Source: Pseudomonas aeruginosa (lineage in GTDB: Bacteria; Pseudomonadota; Gammaproteobacteria; Pseudomonadales; Pseudomonadaceae). From it: a stretch of 32,000 nt of DNA. The stretch covers positions 1,800,001 through 1,832,000 of the forward strand of contig NZ_LN831024.1 in the NCBI RefSeq assembly GCF_001457615.1, in the 5' to 3' direction. Positions 9,326-17,580 of this stretch are shown piece by piece. Position 1 is the first letter of the stretch. Each line of letters starts with the position of its first letter. Position numbers and translations under genes: made by a program. The notes beneath the pieces were generated by a model. The model ran no database searches and was not told the DNA's origin. It saw only the letters and a program-made list of their open reading frames with translations.

Positions 9326-11974
9326 ATGCCTAATTTTGGATTTCATATAGCACCCACCCATCCTGTGGCAGGGCGCCTGATTTATGATTCTAAAAAATTA
9401 TCAGAAAATATATTAAAGCAGCAGAGCGATGAACGGGTTTTTTCAAGGGCGCAAGAGCAAAAAAGGCTTTCTGAAGGTGACGTAGTCGGTGGTGCGCCTT
9501 GCTGTAAAGCTATCCATATTACACTTGGTTTTGATGGGACTAATAATAACGATAAGGCTGATGGTTCATCGGTTTCTCCATCTTGCAGTAATGTCGCTAG
9601 GCTAATTCATGCAAGTATTGGGAGCGGCGATGATATAAACAGTAGGGGGATTTTTAAGTACTATTGCCCAGGTGTGGGTACGGTGTTTCCGGATATTAAA
9701 GAATTTACGCCTTCAAACATGGGATTAATTGGTGCTGAGGGAGGCGAAAATCGAATAAACTGGGGGCTGGTTCAGTTAGTTGATGCTCTTTTCTATACTT
9801 TATTAAAAAGTAGGCTTAAACTAAATGAGGTTCAGGGCCTAGTAGAAGAAATGTCCACTAACTGGACCGTCAGTACGCTCACTGGTGGTTTATTGGAAAA
9901 CGGCGAGAAAAAACGCCGAACTGCCTTGGAGCCAAAACTCAAGGAACTGGAAGAAAAGCTTCGACAGCGTCAGAACTCTGGACAGAAACCGCATATCCTG
10001 GCCATGCGCTTGTATGTCTACGGATTCTCCCGTGGGGCGGCAGAAGCACGAGCCTTTGCCAACTGGCTGCAGGAGCTAACCCGGGTCAGCGATGCCGATG
10101 GTCGGGTGGAATATCGCTTTGCCGGTCTGCCGATCTCGATCGAGTTCCTCGGCCTTTTCGATACCGTGGCGGCAGTTGGGCTGGCGGATAGTGCGCCGTT
10201 CGCTGCCGGGCATATGGATTGGGCCGATGACACCATGCGCCTGCCCGATGAGGCCCTCTCCCAGTGCCTGCCGACCATCCTGCCGGAAGACTGTTCTTTT
10301 CTGAAACGTTGCGTGCATCTGGTTTCCTGTCATGAGCAGCGTGCCAGTTTTCCACTCGATTCGATCCGCCGTCGTGACATGGATGCCAACGGACGTCGGA
10401 CGGGGCCCTCCTGCTACCGGAAGTGGACGGTGGAATATGCTTATCCTGGTGTTCACTCGGATGTTGGTGGCGGTTATGGCGTCGGCAACCAGGGGAAAGC
10501 TGTGGGAGGTTCGGAATTTCTACTATCCCAGATAGCGTTGCAGCATATGTATGCGGAGGCTTTCGAGGCAGGTGCTCCTTTGCAAGTTCCAGCACCTGCC
10601 GTCCATCCAGACTTTCATGAAGAGTGGCGGGTAATGGTGCCCAAGATTGAAGCGGAGTTCAGCGTCTCCGAAGAACTCGCCACCCGTTTCAACGCCTGGC
10701 AGGCCCAGGCCAAGGCCGGCCCCCTGGAAGAGGTGATCCGTCGCGAGACCGCGTTGATCACCGCCTGGCGCATCGACCGCTATGCCGGCGGGCTGCGCAA
10801 CAAGGCGTTCTTCGCCAATGTCCCGCCGGACATGCCGGAAGCCCAGCAGAAGGCCTGGGAGGCCCTGCACAAACGGCGTAGCCGGGAGTACGCGGCCGCC
10901 CAGCAGGGCAAGCCGCTCCCGCCGATGAGCGCCGCCGAACAGGCGGAGTGGGATCGCAACGTGGCGCTGATCGGCGGCGAGGACAAACTGCGCGACCTGC
11001 GGGTGGAGAAGCAGTTCGATCCGCCGCTGGACCAGCGCCAACTACTCGGCGCCGCCGCCGAGTTCGCCCATGACTACAAGGGCGACTGGGGCGTGCTCGA
11101 CGACGGCATGACGGTGGGCGGAGTGATCGACCTGCTGCTCGGCGGCACCGTATTCCTGATCAACGAGGAAGACGAAGCCGAGGAATACAGCCAGATCCAC
11201 CGCGACGGCAGCGCGCGCTACCACCAGTTGTTCAGCGCTCCCGACCGGGTGGTGCCGGGCCAGGAAAAGCTGGTGGCGCTGTTCGACGAACAGGTGCACG
11301 ACTCCCGCGCCTGGTTCATGAACACTTCGGCGATAGGCCCGCGAGAACCCTTCACCGACTACTTCCGCTATCGCCTGGTGCATTTCGACAACGAGTCGAA
11401 CAAGCGGCTCTCGGTACTGGCCACCGCCGGGCGGGTGGTAGGCGTAGGGGTGATGCTGGCCAGCGTCGGCCTCAGCGTCAAGCGTCGCGATCCGCGGATG
11501 CTGCTCGGGCTGTTCCTGCCATCGCTGGCGCGTCCGCTGCTGAGCGGCAAGGTCGGCCTGCCGGAGATCAGCGCCTTCGACCCGCTGACCGGGATCGCCT
11601 TGCCGATGGTCGGCGGGGCGGCGCTGGACAACCTGCGGGCCTTCACCCGCGAGCCTGGCGACAAGGTCGAGCAGATCGGCCAGTTGCCGCCACCGCCGCC
11701 GCTGGCGGTCGCGGCGGTGCAATCGCCCGCATTGCAGCAGGTGCTGCTGGCTCAGCAGACCGTGGAGGCGCTCAACGCGCGCGACCTGGGCAGCCTGGCC
11801 GGGCTGGTGGCCAAGGCCGAACTCACCCAGGCGCCCGCGGCGGCGACGCCGGCCTGGCTCGCCGAGGCGAAGCAGGCCTTGCAGGACATGGGTACGGAGC
11901 AGGCGCAACCGCCGGACCCCGGCTCGGCGCCGGGCTGGCTGCAGCGCGGCAAGGACCTGATGGAATCGCTTTGA
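9326..11974 (+). CDS. tle1: T6SS phospholipase effector Tle1 (DUF2235)
   Basis: 882 aa; ITLGFDGTNNN and nucleophile motif YGFSRGAAEARAFANWL (GFSRG codons 10022-10036); PGVHSDVGGGY. Encoded downstream of vgrG/adaptor/immunity genes. Confidence 0.92.
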   Translation: MPNFGFHIAPTHPVAGRLIYDSKKLSENILKQQSDERVFSRAQEQKRLSEGDVVGGAPCCKAIHITLGFDGTNNNDKADGSSVSPSCSNVARLIHASIGSGDDINSRGIFKYYCPGVGTVFPDIKEFTPSNMGLIGAEGGENRINWGLVQLVDALFYTLLKSRLKLNEVQGLVEEMSTNWTVSTLTGGLLENGEKKRRTALEPKLKELEEKLRQRQNSGQKPHILAMRLYVYGFSRGAAEARAFANWLQELTRVSDADGRVEYRFAGLPISIEFLGLFDTVAAVGLADSAPFAAGHMDWADDTMRLPDEALSQCLPTILPEDCSFLKRCVHLVSCHEQRASFPLDSIRRRDMDANGRRTGPSCYRKWTVEYAYPGVHSDVGGGYGVGNQGKAVGGSEFLLSQIALQHMYAEAFEAGAPLQVPAPAVHPDFHEEWRVMVPKIEAEFSVSEELATRFNAWQAQAKAGPLEEVIRRETALITAWRIDRYAGGLRNKAFFANVPPDMPEAQQKAWEALHKRRSREYAAAQQGKPLPPMSAAEQAEWDRNVALIGGEDKLRDLRVEKQFDPPLDQRQLLGAAAEFAHDYKGDWGVLDDGMTVGGVIDLLLGGTVFLINEEDEAEEYSQIHRDGSARYHQLFSAPDRVVPGQEKLVALFDEQVHDSRAWFMNTSAIGPREPFTDYFRYRLVHFDNESNKRLSVLATAGRVVGVGVMLASVGLSVKRRDPRMLLGLFLPSLARPLLSGKVGLPEISAFDPLTGIALPMVGGAALDNLRAFTREPGDKVEQIGQLPPPPPLAVAAVQSPALQQVLLAQQTVEALNARDLGSLAGLVAKAELTQAPAAATPAWLAEAKQALQDMGTEQAQPPDPGSAPGWLQRGKDLMESL

Positions 11975-12012
11975 ACCTCGACCGGCGAACGCGGCCGACC
12001 TGTCGCCCCGGA

Positions 12013-12426
12013 TCATTCGGTGCGGATGTCGAACCCGCTGCTGGCCTCGCTGACGATACGGAAGCGCGCGTTGCCGTCCGCGGCGATCCGGGTTCTCAGC
12101 TCGCGGTTCAGCAGGCCCTTGCCGCAGAGAGTGTCGTCCTGGGTATCGATGCCGATACCGACCACATGCTCGCCCGCCGGCACCTGGAAGCTGGCTTCCT
12201 CGCCGACGCCGATGCGCGCGGCGACCTGGCGGTCGATAAGGAACGCCACGTAGCAGCCGCCGCCCAGGTAGCCATAGTCGCGGTGGACTTCCAGCCGGCC
12301 GCCACCGCTCACCGGTTGCTGGTAGCCGAGCAGGCGTTCGGCGGGGATCGCCCGGGTCTTCTCGGCGGGAACCGAGGAACAGCCGGCCAGGAGGAAAAGG
12401 ATCGCTACGGCGTACATCGGGCGCAT
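12013..12426 (-). CDS. Small hypothetical lipoprotein
   Basis: 137 aa with lipobox: MRPMYAVAILFLLAGCSSVPAEK... Confidence 0.8.
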   Translation of the reverse strand: MRPMYAVAILFLLAGCSSVPAEKTRAIPAERLLGYQQPVSGGGRLEVHRDYGYLGGGCYVAFLIDRQVAARIGVGEEASFQVPAGEHVVGIGIDTQDDTLCGKGLLNRELRTRIAADGNARFRIVSEASSGFDIRTE

Positions 12427-12538
12427 GAAGGCTCTCCGTCGAAAGGTTCCCTCAGGCTAGCCCAGTTTCGCTGGAGCGCGGAGCGACGGGGCGGAGTGGG
12501 CTAGAATGCCTGGCCTGTTCTTCCGGAGCCGACTACCG

Positions 12539-13009
12539 ATGCGCCAGGCCCTGCTGATCGTCGACGTGCAACCCTGTTTCGCCCCGCCGGACTGGCTGCT
12601 GGAAGGCATCGGCCAACTGCTCGGGCGGATGCCCTCGGTGGCCAGCGTCGAGCGCCATGACGAATCCCGTACGCCGTTCCAGCGCCAGCTCGGCTGGCGA
12701 CCGCCGCTCGACGATGCCTGCCTGGTGGCGGCCGACCGGGTCTTCGTCAAGCATGGCTACCTGCCGACGGCGGAACTCGTCGACCATCTGCGTGCGCTGC
12801 GAGCGGAACGGGTGCTGGTATGCGGCATCCAGGCCGACACCTGCGTGCTCGCCGCCGGCTTCGCCCTGTTCGACGCCGGCCTGCAACCGACCCTGATCGG
12901 CGACCTGGTGCTCGGCTCCTCGCTGGATCGCTCGGGGGAGCTGGGTGTGCGCCTGTGGAAGCATCATTTCGGCCAGGTCGTCAGCCTGGCCGAGGTGCTG
13001 GCGGATTGA
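12539..13009 (+). CDS. Isochorismatase-family cysteine hydrolase
   Basis: MRQALLIVDVQPCF... K87-like VFVKHGY and catalytic Cys region VLVCGIQADTCVLAAGFALFDAG. Start chosen at the ATG before RQALLIVDVQ. Confidence 0.85.
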   Translation: MRQALLIVDVQPCFAPPDWLLEGIGQLLGRMPSVASVERHDESRTPFQRQLGWRPPLDDACLVAADRVFVKHGYLPTAELVDHLRALRAERVLVCGIQADTCVLAAGFALFDAGLQPTLIGDLVLGSSLDRSGELGVRLWKHHFGQVVSLAEVLAD

Positions 13010-13012
13010 GGC

Positions 13013-13528
13013 TCAGTGGGGCCGGCTGAGCAGCGCGACCGTGGCCTCGGCATTCATCATCCGCGCTGCCGCCAGCGGCGTCAGCCCGGCGGCGTCCTGG
13101 GCGTCACGACGGGCGCCGTGGGCCAGCAGGCTGGCGGCGACCTCGGCCTGGTTGAACATGGCCGCCATCATCAGTGCGGTCTTGCCGTCGGCCGAGGCGC
13201 CCTCGACGTCGGCGCCGCCGGCGAGGAGCAGTTCGACCATCGCCAGGTCGCCCTTGAACGCAGCGCCGGCCAGCGGTGTCTGCCCGGCCAGGTTGCGCAG
13301 GTCCGGGTCGGCCTTGTAGGCCAGCAGCAGGCGTACCGTGTCGGCGTGGCCATGGTAGCTGGCCAGCATCAGCAGGCTGTCGCCCTTGTGGTTGCGCAGG
13401 TTCGGCGGCAGGCCCTGTTGCAGCAGTTGCTCGAGGCGCTGGCTGTTGCCCTGGCGGGCCAGGTCGAACAGCTGGTGGACGAACTCCTGGGTTTCCATAT
13501 CCAGTTCTGGACGAGGGCTATCGGTCAT
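13013..13528 (-). CDS. Ankyrin-repeat protein
   Basis: MTDSPRPELDMETQEFVHQLFDLARQGN..., with ankyrin repeats NHKGDSLLMLASYHGHADTVRLLLAYKADPDLRNLAGQTPLAGAAFKGDLAMVELLLAGGADVEG. The 340-aa ORF call is an upstream over-extension. Confidence 0.9.
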   Translation of the reverse strand: MTDSPRPELDMETQEFVHQLFDLARQGNSQRLEQLLQQGLPPNLRNHKGDSLLMLASYHGHADTVRLLLAYKADPDLRNLAGQTPLAGAAFKGDLAMVELLLAGGADVEGASADGKTALMMAAMFNQAEVAASLLAHGARRDAQDAAGLTPLAAARMMNAEATVALLSRPH

Positions 13529-14018
13529 GGGGCTGCTTCCTTGTGAATACCGGGTTTGCCGAATGATAGGCGGCCTTGCCGAGGTGGGCTGTTGAGCATT
13601 GCCTATGGGGCGGGTTGGCAAATTCAATCGATGGTTGGGGTGGGAAGGTGCCAGCCTGCTGTGACCGGAAGCCGGCCTGGTTGCGTCGTCTTTACAGTTC
13701 GATACGGATATCGGTGGCGAAAACGGGGAAAATAAACCGATCGTGCGCCTATCGGCTGTGCCCGGCGCGCACTCTGGAATATCCTTGGCGCCTTCGATAC
13801 CACTGAGCGGTGCGCGCGCTTGCCGAAGCGAGGCGGTGGCACACTGCGCAATGGCCGACCTTGCCCGGGCCCTGTACGAAAGCGCGTCGCCAACGTCTTT
13901 TCGTAGAGCGCCCGGCATCGCCGCGAGCGAACCCGTTTCCGGTGCCGGCCCCAGGCGGGCACCGCTATGCCTAATCGGCCCCGTTCGACGGCGGCCCAGC
14001 GAGAGAAGAGGAACAACT

Positions 14019-15140
14019 GTGCATAAAGCCGTCATCAGCGGAACCGGTCTTTATACTCCGCCCTACAGCATCTCCAACGATGAGCTGGTGGAGAGCTTCA
14101 ATACCTTCGTGCGCCAGTACAACGACCAGCACGCCGAGGCCATCGCCAAGGGCGAACTGGAGGCGCTGGCCGAGTCCAGCTCGGCGTTCATCGAGAAGGC
14201 GTCCGGCATCAAGAGCCGCTTCGTGATGAACAAGGAAGGCATCCTCGACCCGCAGCGCATGGTTCCGTACCTTCCCGAGCGCAGCAACGACGAGTGGTCG
14301 ATCCTCTGCGAGATGGCCGTGGCCGCCGCCAGGGAGGCGCTGCAGCGTGCCGGCCGCAGCGCCGCCGACATCGACGGGGTGATCGTCGCCTGCTCCAACC
14401 TGCAGCGCGCCTACCCGGCGATCGCGGTGGAGGTGCAGGCCGCGCTGGGCATCCAGGGCTACGGCTACGACATGAACGTGGCCTGCTCCTCGGCCACCTT
14501 CGGTATCCAGGCCGCCACCACCGCGATCCAGACCGGCCAGGCGCGGGCGATCCTGATGGTCAACCCGGAGATCTGCACCGGCCACCTGAACTTCCGCGAC
14601 CGCGACAGCCACTTCATCTTCGGCGACGCCTGCACCGCGGTGATCGTCGAGCGCGCCGACCTGGCCGTGTCGAAGCACCAGTTCGACATCGTCAGCACCA
14701 GGCTGCTGACCCAGTTCTCCAACAACATCCGCAACAACTTCGGCTTCCTCAACCGCGCCGACGAGAGCGGTATCGGCAAGCGCGACAAGCTGTTCGTCCA
14801 GGAAGGCCGCAAGGTGTTCAAGGATGTCTGCCCGATGGTCGCCGAGCTGATCGGCGAGCACCTGGCGGCCAATGAAATCCAGGTCGCCGAGGTCAAGCGC
14901 TTCTGGCTGCACCAGGCCAACCTGAACATGAACCTGCTGATCACCCGCAAGCTGCTCGGCCGCGACGCCGAGGCGCACGAGGCGCCGGTGATCCTCGACA
15001 GCTACGCGAATACCAGTTCCGCCGGCTCGGTGATCGCCCTGCACAAGCACCAGGACGACCTGCCCAGCGGCGCCATCGGGGTGCTCAGCTCGTTCGGCGC
15101 CGGTTACTCGATCGGTAGCGTGATCCTGCGTAAACACTGA
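14019..15140 (+). CDS. 3-oxoacyl-ACP synthase III (KASIII/FabH-like), GTG start
   Basis: VHKAVISGTGLYTPPYSISNDELVESFNTFV..., active-site Cys region YDMNVACSSATFGIQAA, FWLHQANLNMN and NTSSAGS motifs. Confidence 0.9.
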   Translation: MHKAVISGTGLYTPPYSISNDELVESFNTFVRQYNDQHAEAIAKGELEALAESSSAFIEKASGIKSRFVMNKEGILDPQRMVPYLPERSNDEWSILCEMAVAAAREALQRAGRSAADIDGVIVACSNLQRAYPAIAVEVQAALGIQGYGYDMNVACSSATFGIQAATTAIQTGQARAILMVNPEICTGHLNFRDRDSHFIFGDACTAVIVERADLAVSKHQFDIVSTRLLTQFSNNIRNNFGFLNRADESGIGKRDKLFVQEGRKVFKDVCPMVAELIGEHLAANEIQVAEVKRFWLHQANLNMNLLITRKLLGRDAEAHEAPVILDSYANTSSAGSVIALHKHQDDLPSGAIGVLSSFGAGYSIGSVILRKH

Positions 15141-15142
15141 TC

Positions 15143-15754
15143 GTGGCGGCGCCTACCGACGCCGAGCTGCTGCCGCGCCTGCTGGCCGGCGAGCAGCGAG
15201 CCTTCCGCGAGCTGGTTGGCGCCTACCAGGGCGCCATGCGGGCCGTGGCCTGGGCGATCATCGGCAGATCGCATACCGAGGAAGTGGTGCAGGACGCCTG
15301 GCTCGCGGCGGTTCGCGGGCTGGACGGGTTCCAGGGGCGTTCGAGCCTGAAGACCTGGCTGCTGACCATTACCGCCAATACCGCCAAGAGCCGCTTGCGC
15401 CAGGTTCGCCGGGAAGTTTTCCTCGACGACCTGCCGGGGCCCCATGGTACGGTGGATGACCAGCGCTTTGCCGCCGACGGTCACTGGAGCCAGCCGCCGC
15501 ACGCCTGGCACGAGGATTCGCCGGAAGCCCTGCTCGCCGAGGGCGAACTGCGCGATTGCCTGGACAAGACCCTCAACGGTCTGTCCGAGCTGCAGCGCAG
15601 CGTGCTGACCCTGCGCGAACGCCAGGGCTTGGAGCTGGAGGAAATCCGTGATCTCCTGGATATCACGCTTTCCAATGTCCGGGTGCTGCTGCATCGCGCC
15701 CGCCTGAAGGTCTTCGCCACCCTGGAGCATTTCGAGGAGACCGGCCAATGCTGA
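15143..15754 (+). CDS. ECF-family RNA polymerase sigma factor
   Basis: Sigma70 region 2 (ELVGAYQGAMRAVAWAIIGRSHTEEVVQDAWLAAVRGLDGFQGRSSLKTWLLTITANTAKSRLR) and region 4 (LSELQRSVLTLRERQGLELEEIRDLLDITLSNVRVLLHRARLKV). Confidence 0.93.
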   Translation: MAAPTDAELLPRLLAGEQRAFRELVGAYQGAMRAVAWAIIGRSHTEEVVQDAWLAAVRGLDGFQGRSSLKTWLLTITANTAKSRLRQVRREVFLDDLPGPHGTVDDQRFAADGHWSQPPHAWHEDSPEALLAEGELRDCLDKTLNGLSELQRSVLTLRERQGLELEEIRDLLDITLSNVRVLLHRARLKVFATLEHFEETGQC

Positions 15755-15987
15755 GTTGCAAGGAACTGGTCGCCCGGTCCAGCGACTTTCTCGATGGGCA
15801 ACTGGACTTCCGCGGACAACTGGCGGTGCGCAGCCACCTGCTCATGTGCCGGCATTGCCGGCGCTTCATCCGCCAGATGCGCCTGACCCAGGCGACCGTG
15901 CGCCATCTGCCGGAAGGGCCGGGGCCGGAACTCGACCGTCTGGCCGCGCATCTCTCCGAATTGCGCAAGGACGCCGCGCGGCGCTGA
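15748..15987 (+). CDS. Small zf-HC2 putative anti-sigma factor, no TM segment
   Basis: 79 aa; HxxxCxxC signature in RSHLLMCRHCRRFIRQM; start overlaps the end of the ECF sigma gene. Confidence 0.82.
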   Translation: MLSCKELVARSSDFLDGQLDFRGQLAVRSHLLMCRHCRRFIRQMRLTQATVRHLPEGPGPELDRLAAHLSELRKDAARR

Positions 15988-16007
15988 GCCGGGGTACCCT
16001 CGACACC

Positions 16008-16043
16008 AAGCCGCCGCCCGCGATTCGTGGGCGGCGGCTTTTT
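16008..16043 (+). terminator. Rho-independent terminator after the ECF/zf-HC2 genes
   Basis: 12-bp perfect stem AAGCCGCCGCCC...GGGCGGCGGCTT followed by TTT. Confidence 0.85.
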
Positions 16044-16313
16044 CGTTTCCGCTATCCGGCGTGGGCGAACCGAACCCGGCCTGGCATGGGTGGCTCTCCC
16101 TTCCGCGTGACGAGGTCGAGGAGTGTGGCTGGGCTTGGCGGATATCGCTGCGCGATATGCACCCTACGGAGGGGCGGCAATCCGTTTCGCTGGGCGAGCA
16201 TCCGAAGTTGAGGAGAACGCCTGGGACCTGGCGAATATCGCCGACCGATATTTCTCCAGCAGGGGCAATCCCTGAGTTCAGGCAAAGGGACGGGAAATTT
16301 TTTTTGACTCCGC

Positions 16314-16339
16314 TGTAACGCCGCCAGGGGTGCTCCGTC
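16314..16339 (+). promoter_or_regulatory. Possible ECF-type promoter for the bufferin-like operon
   Basis: TGTAACG (16314-16320), 15-nt gap, CGTC (16336-16339), about 50 bp before the precursor ATG. Resembles ECF promoters with an AAC-containing -35 and a CGTC -10. Motif only, no experimental support. Confidence 0.35.
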
Positions 16340-16392
16340 CATTGGAGCGAGGACGCCATACCGGCGCCCGCTACCAACTTCAGGAGTTACCC

Positions 16393-16707
16393 ATGAAAAA
16401 GATTTCCCTCGCTTCTTCCGTCGTCGGCGCTGCTCTGCTCGGCGTAGCCAGTGTCGGCGCGCATGCCGCGCAGAATCCCTTCGCCGTGCAGGAGCTGAGC
16501 AGCGGCTACAGCGTGGCTGCCGCCGAGAAAGCCAAGGAAGGTTCCTGCGGCGAGGCCAAGTGCGGTGCCGACAAGGGCAAGCGCGAAGCCTCCAAGGCAG
16601 GTCATGAAGGCAGCTGCGGTGCGGATCGCAAGGCCAAGGAAGGTTCCTGCGGTGGCGAGAAGAAGGCCGGCGAAGGCAACTGCGGCGCCGACAAGAAGAA
16701 GTCGTAA
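16393..16707 (+). CDS. Cys-rich secreted precursor with EGxCG-type motifs (BufA2/bufferin-like RiPP precursor)
   Basis: 104 aa; signal peptide MKKISLASSVVGAALLGVASVGAHAA; five Cys, all in xxxCG motifs (EGSCG, EAKCG, EGSCG, EGSCG, EGNCG) in a Lys/Gly-rich low-complexity chain; adjacent to the DUF692 gene. Confidence 0.85.
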   Translation: MKKISLASSVVGAALLGVASVGAHAAQNPFAVQELSSGYSVAAAEKAKEGSCGEAKCGADKGKREASKAGHEGSCGADRKAKEGSCGGEKKAGEGNCGADKKKS

Positions 16708-16725
16708 GGCCTGAGGAGACGGACC

Positions 16726-17580
16726 ATGCAACGGGAATTCGTCAGCGGCGCCGGGCTAGGCCTGCGTCGCGCGCTGCTGGAGCCGCTCGGCGCCGGCGAT
16801 GAGGTCCGGGTCGACTTCCTCGAGGTCGCCCCGGAGAACTGGATCGGCATCGGCGGCCGTCTCGGCCGCCAGTTCCGCGAGCTGACCGAGCGCCTGCCGT
16901 TCCTCTGCCATGGTCTGTCTCTCAACCTCGGCGGCTACGCCCCGCTGGACATGTCGTTGCTGCGCGCGATCAAGGGTTTCATCGAGCAGCATGACATCCG
17001 TGCCTACAGCGAGCACCTGTCGGCCTGCGCCGACGACGGCCAGCTCTACGACCTGATGCCGCTACCGTTCAGCGACGAATCGGTGCGCCGGGTCGCCGAA
17101 CGGGTCCGGGTGGTACAGGACGTCCTCGAGCGGCCGTTGATCGTCGAGAACGTCTCGGCGTATGCGCGCTTGCCGGGCGAGCTGGAAGAGGTCGATTTCG
17201 TCCGCGCGGTACTGGAGGAAGCCGATTGCCAATTGCTGCTGGACGTCAACAACGTCTACGTCAACGCCTGCAACTTCGGTTTCGACGCACACGCCTACAT
17301 CGCCGCGATGCCCAGCCGGAGGATCGCCTACCTGCACATGGCCGGGCACGACGAACAGGGCGCCAGCCTGAAGATCGACACCCATGGCGCGCCGGTCTGC
17401 GATCCGGTCTGGGAACTGCTGGCACATGCCTATGCCTGCCATGGCGAACGCCCGACGCTGCTGGAGCGCGATTTCAACCTCCCGCCACTGAGCGAGCTGT
17501 ATGCCGAAACCGATCGCATCCGCGAGCTGCAGCGGCGCAGCGGTGAAGCGCAACTGCGCAGCCTGGGGTACGGCACATGA
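16726..17580 (+). CDS. DUF692 / MNIO-family enzyme (BufB-like), multinuclear non-heme iron oxidative enzyme
   Basis: 284 aa; family motifs CHGLSLNLGGYAPLD, YSEHLSACADDGQLYDLMPLP, IVENVSAY, LLLDVNNVYVNACNFGFD, YLHMAGHDE, IDTHGAPVCDPVW. Confidence 0.9.
   Translation: MQREFVSGAGLGLRRALLEPLGAGDEVRVDFLEVAPENWIGIGGRLGRQFRELTERLPFLCHGLSLNLGGYAPLDMSLLRAIKGFIEQHDIRAYSEHLSACADDGQLYDLMPLPFSDESVRRVAERVRVVQDVLERPLIVENVSAYARLPGELEEVDFVRAVLEEADCQLLLDVNNVYVNACNFGFDAHAYIAAMPSRRIAYLHMAGHDEQGASLKIDTHGAPVCDPVWELLAHAYACHGERPTLLERDFNLPPLSELYAETDRIRELQRRSGEAQLRSLGYGT

Noticed and set aside
11042-12016. 324-aa ORF antisense to tle1 C-terminus
   Set aside because: Arg/Gln-rich artefact of high-GC sequence.
12013-12253. 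Small plus-strand ORF opposite the lipoprotein gene
   Set aside because: Overlaps the lipoprotein gene in antisense, with no family features or ribosome-binding site of note.
13971-15137. 388-aa ORF antisense to the KASIII-like gene
   Set aside because: Antisense shadow; the sense gene has the active-site motifs.
16529-16700. Repeated AAGGAAGGTTCCTGCGG in the precursor gene considered as a DNA repeat/CRISPR-like element
   Set aside because: The repeats are short, irregular and in-frame; they are explained by repeated EGSCG peptide motifs.
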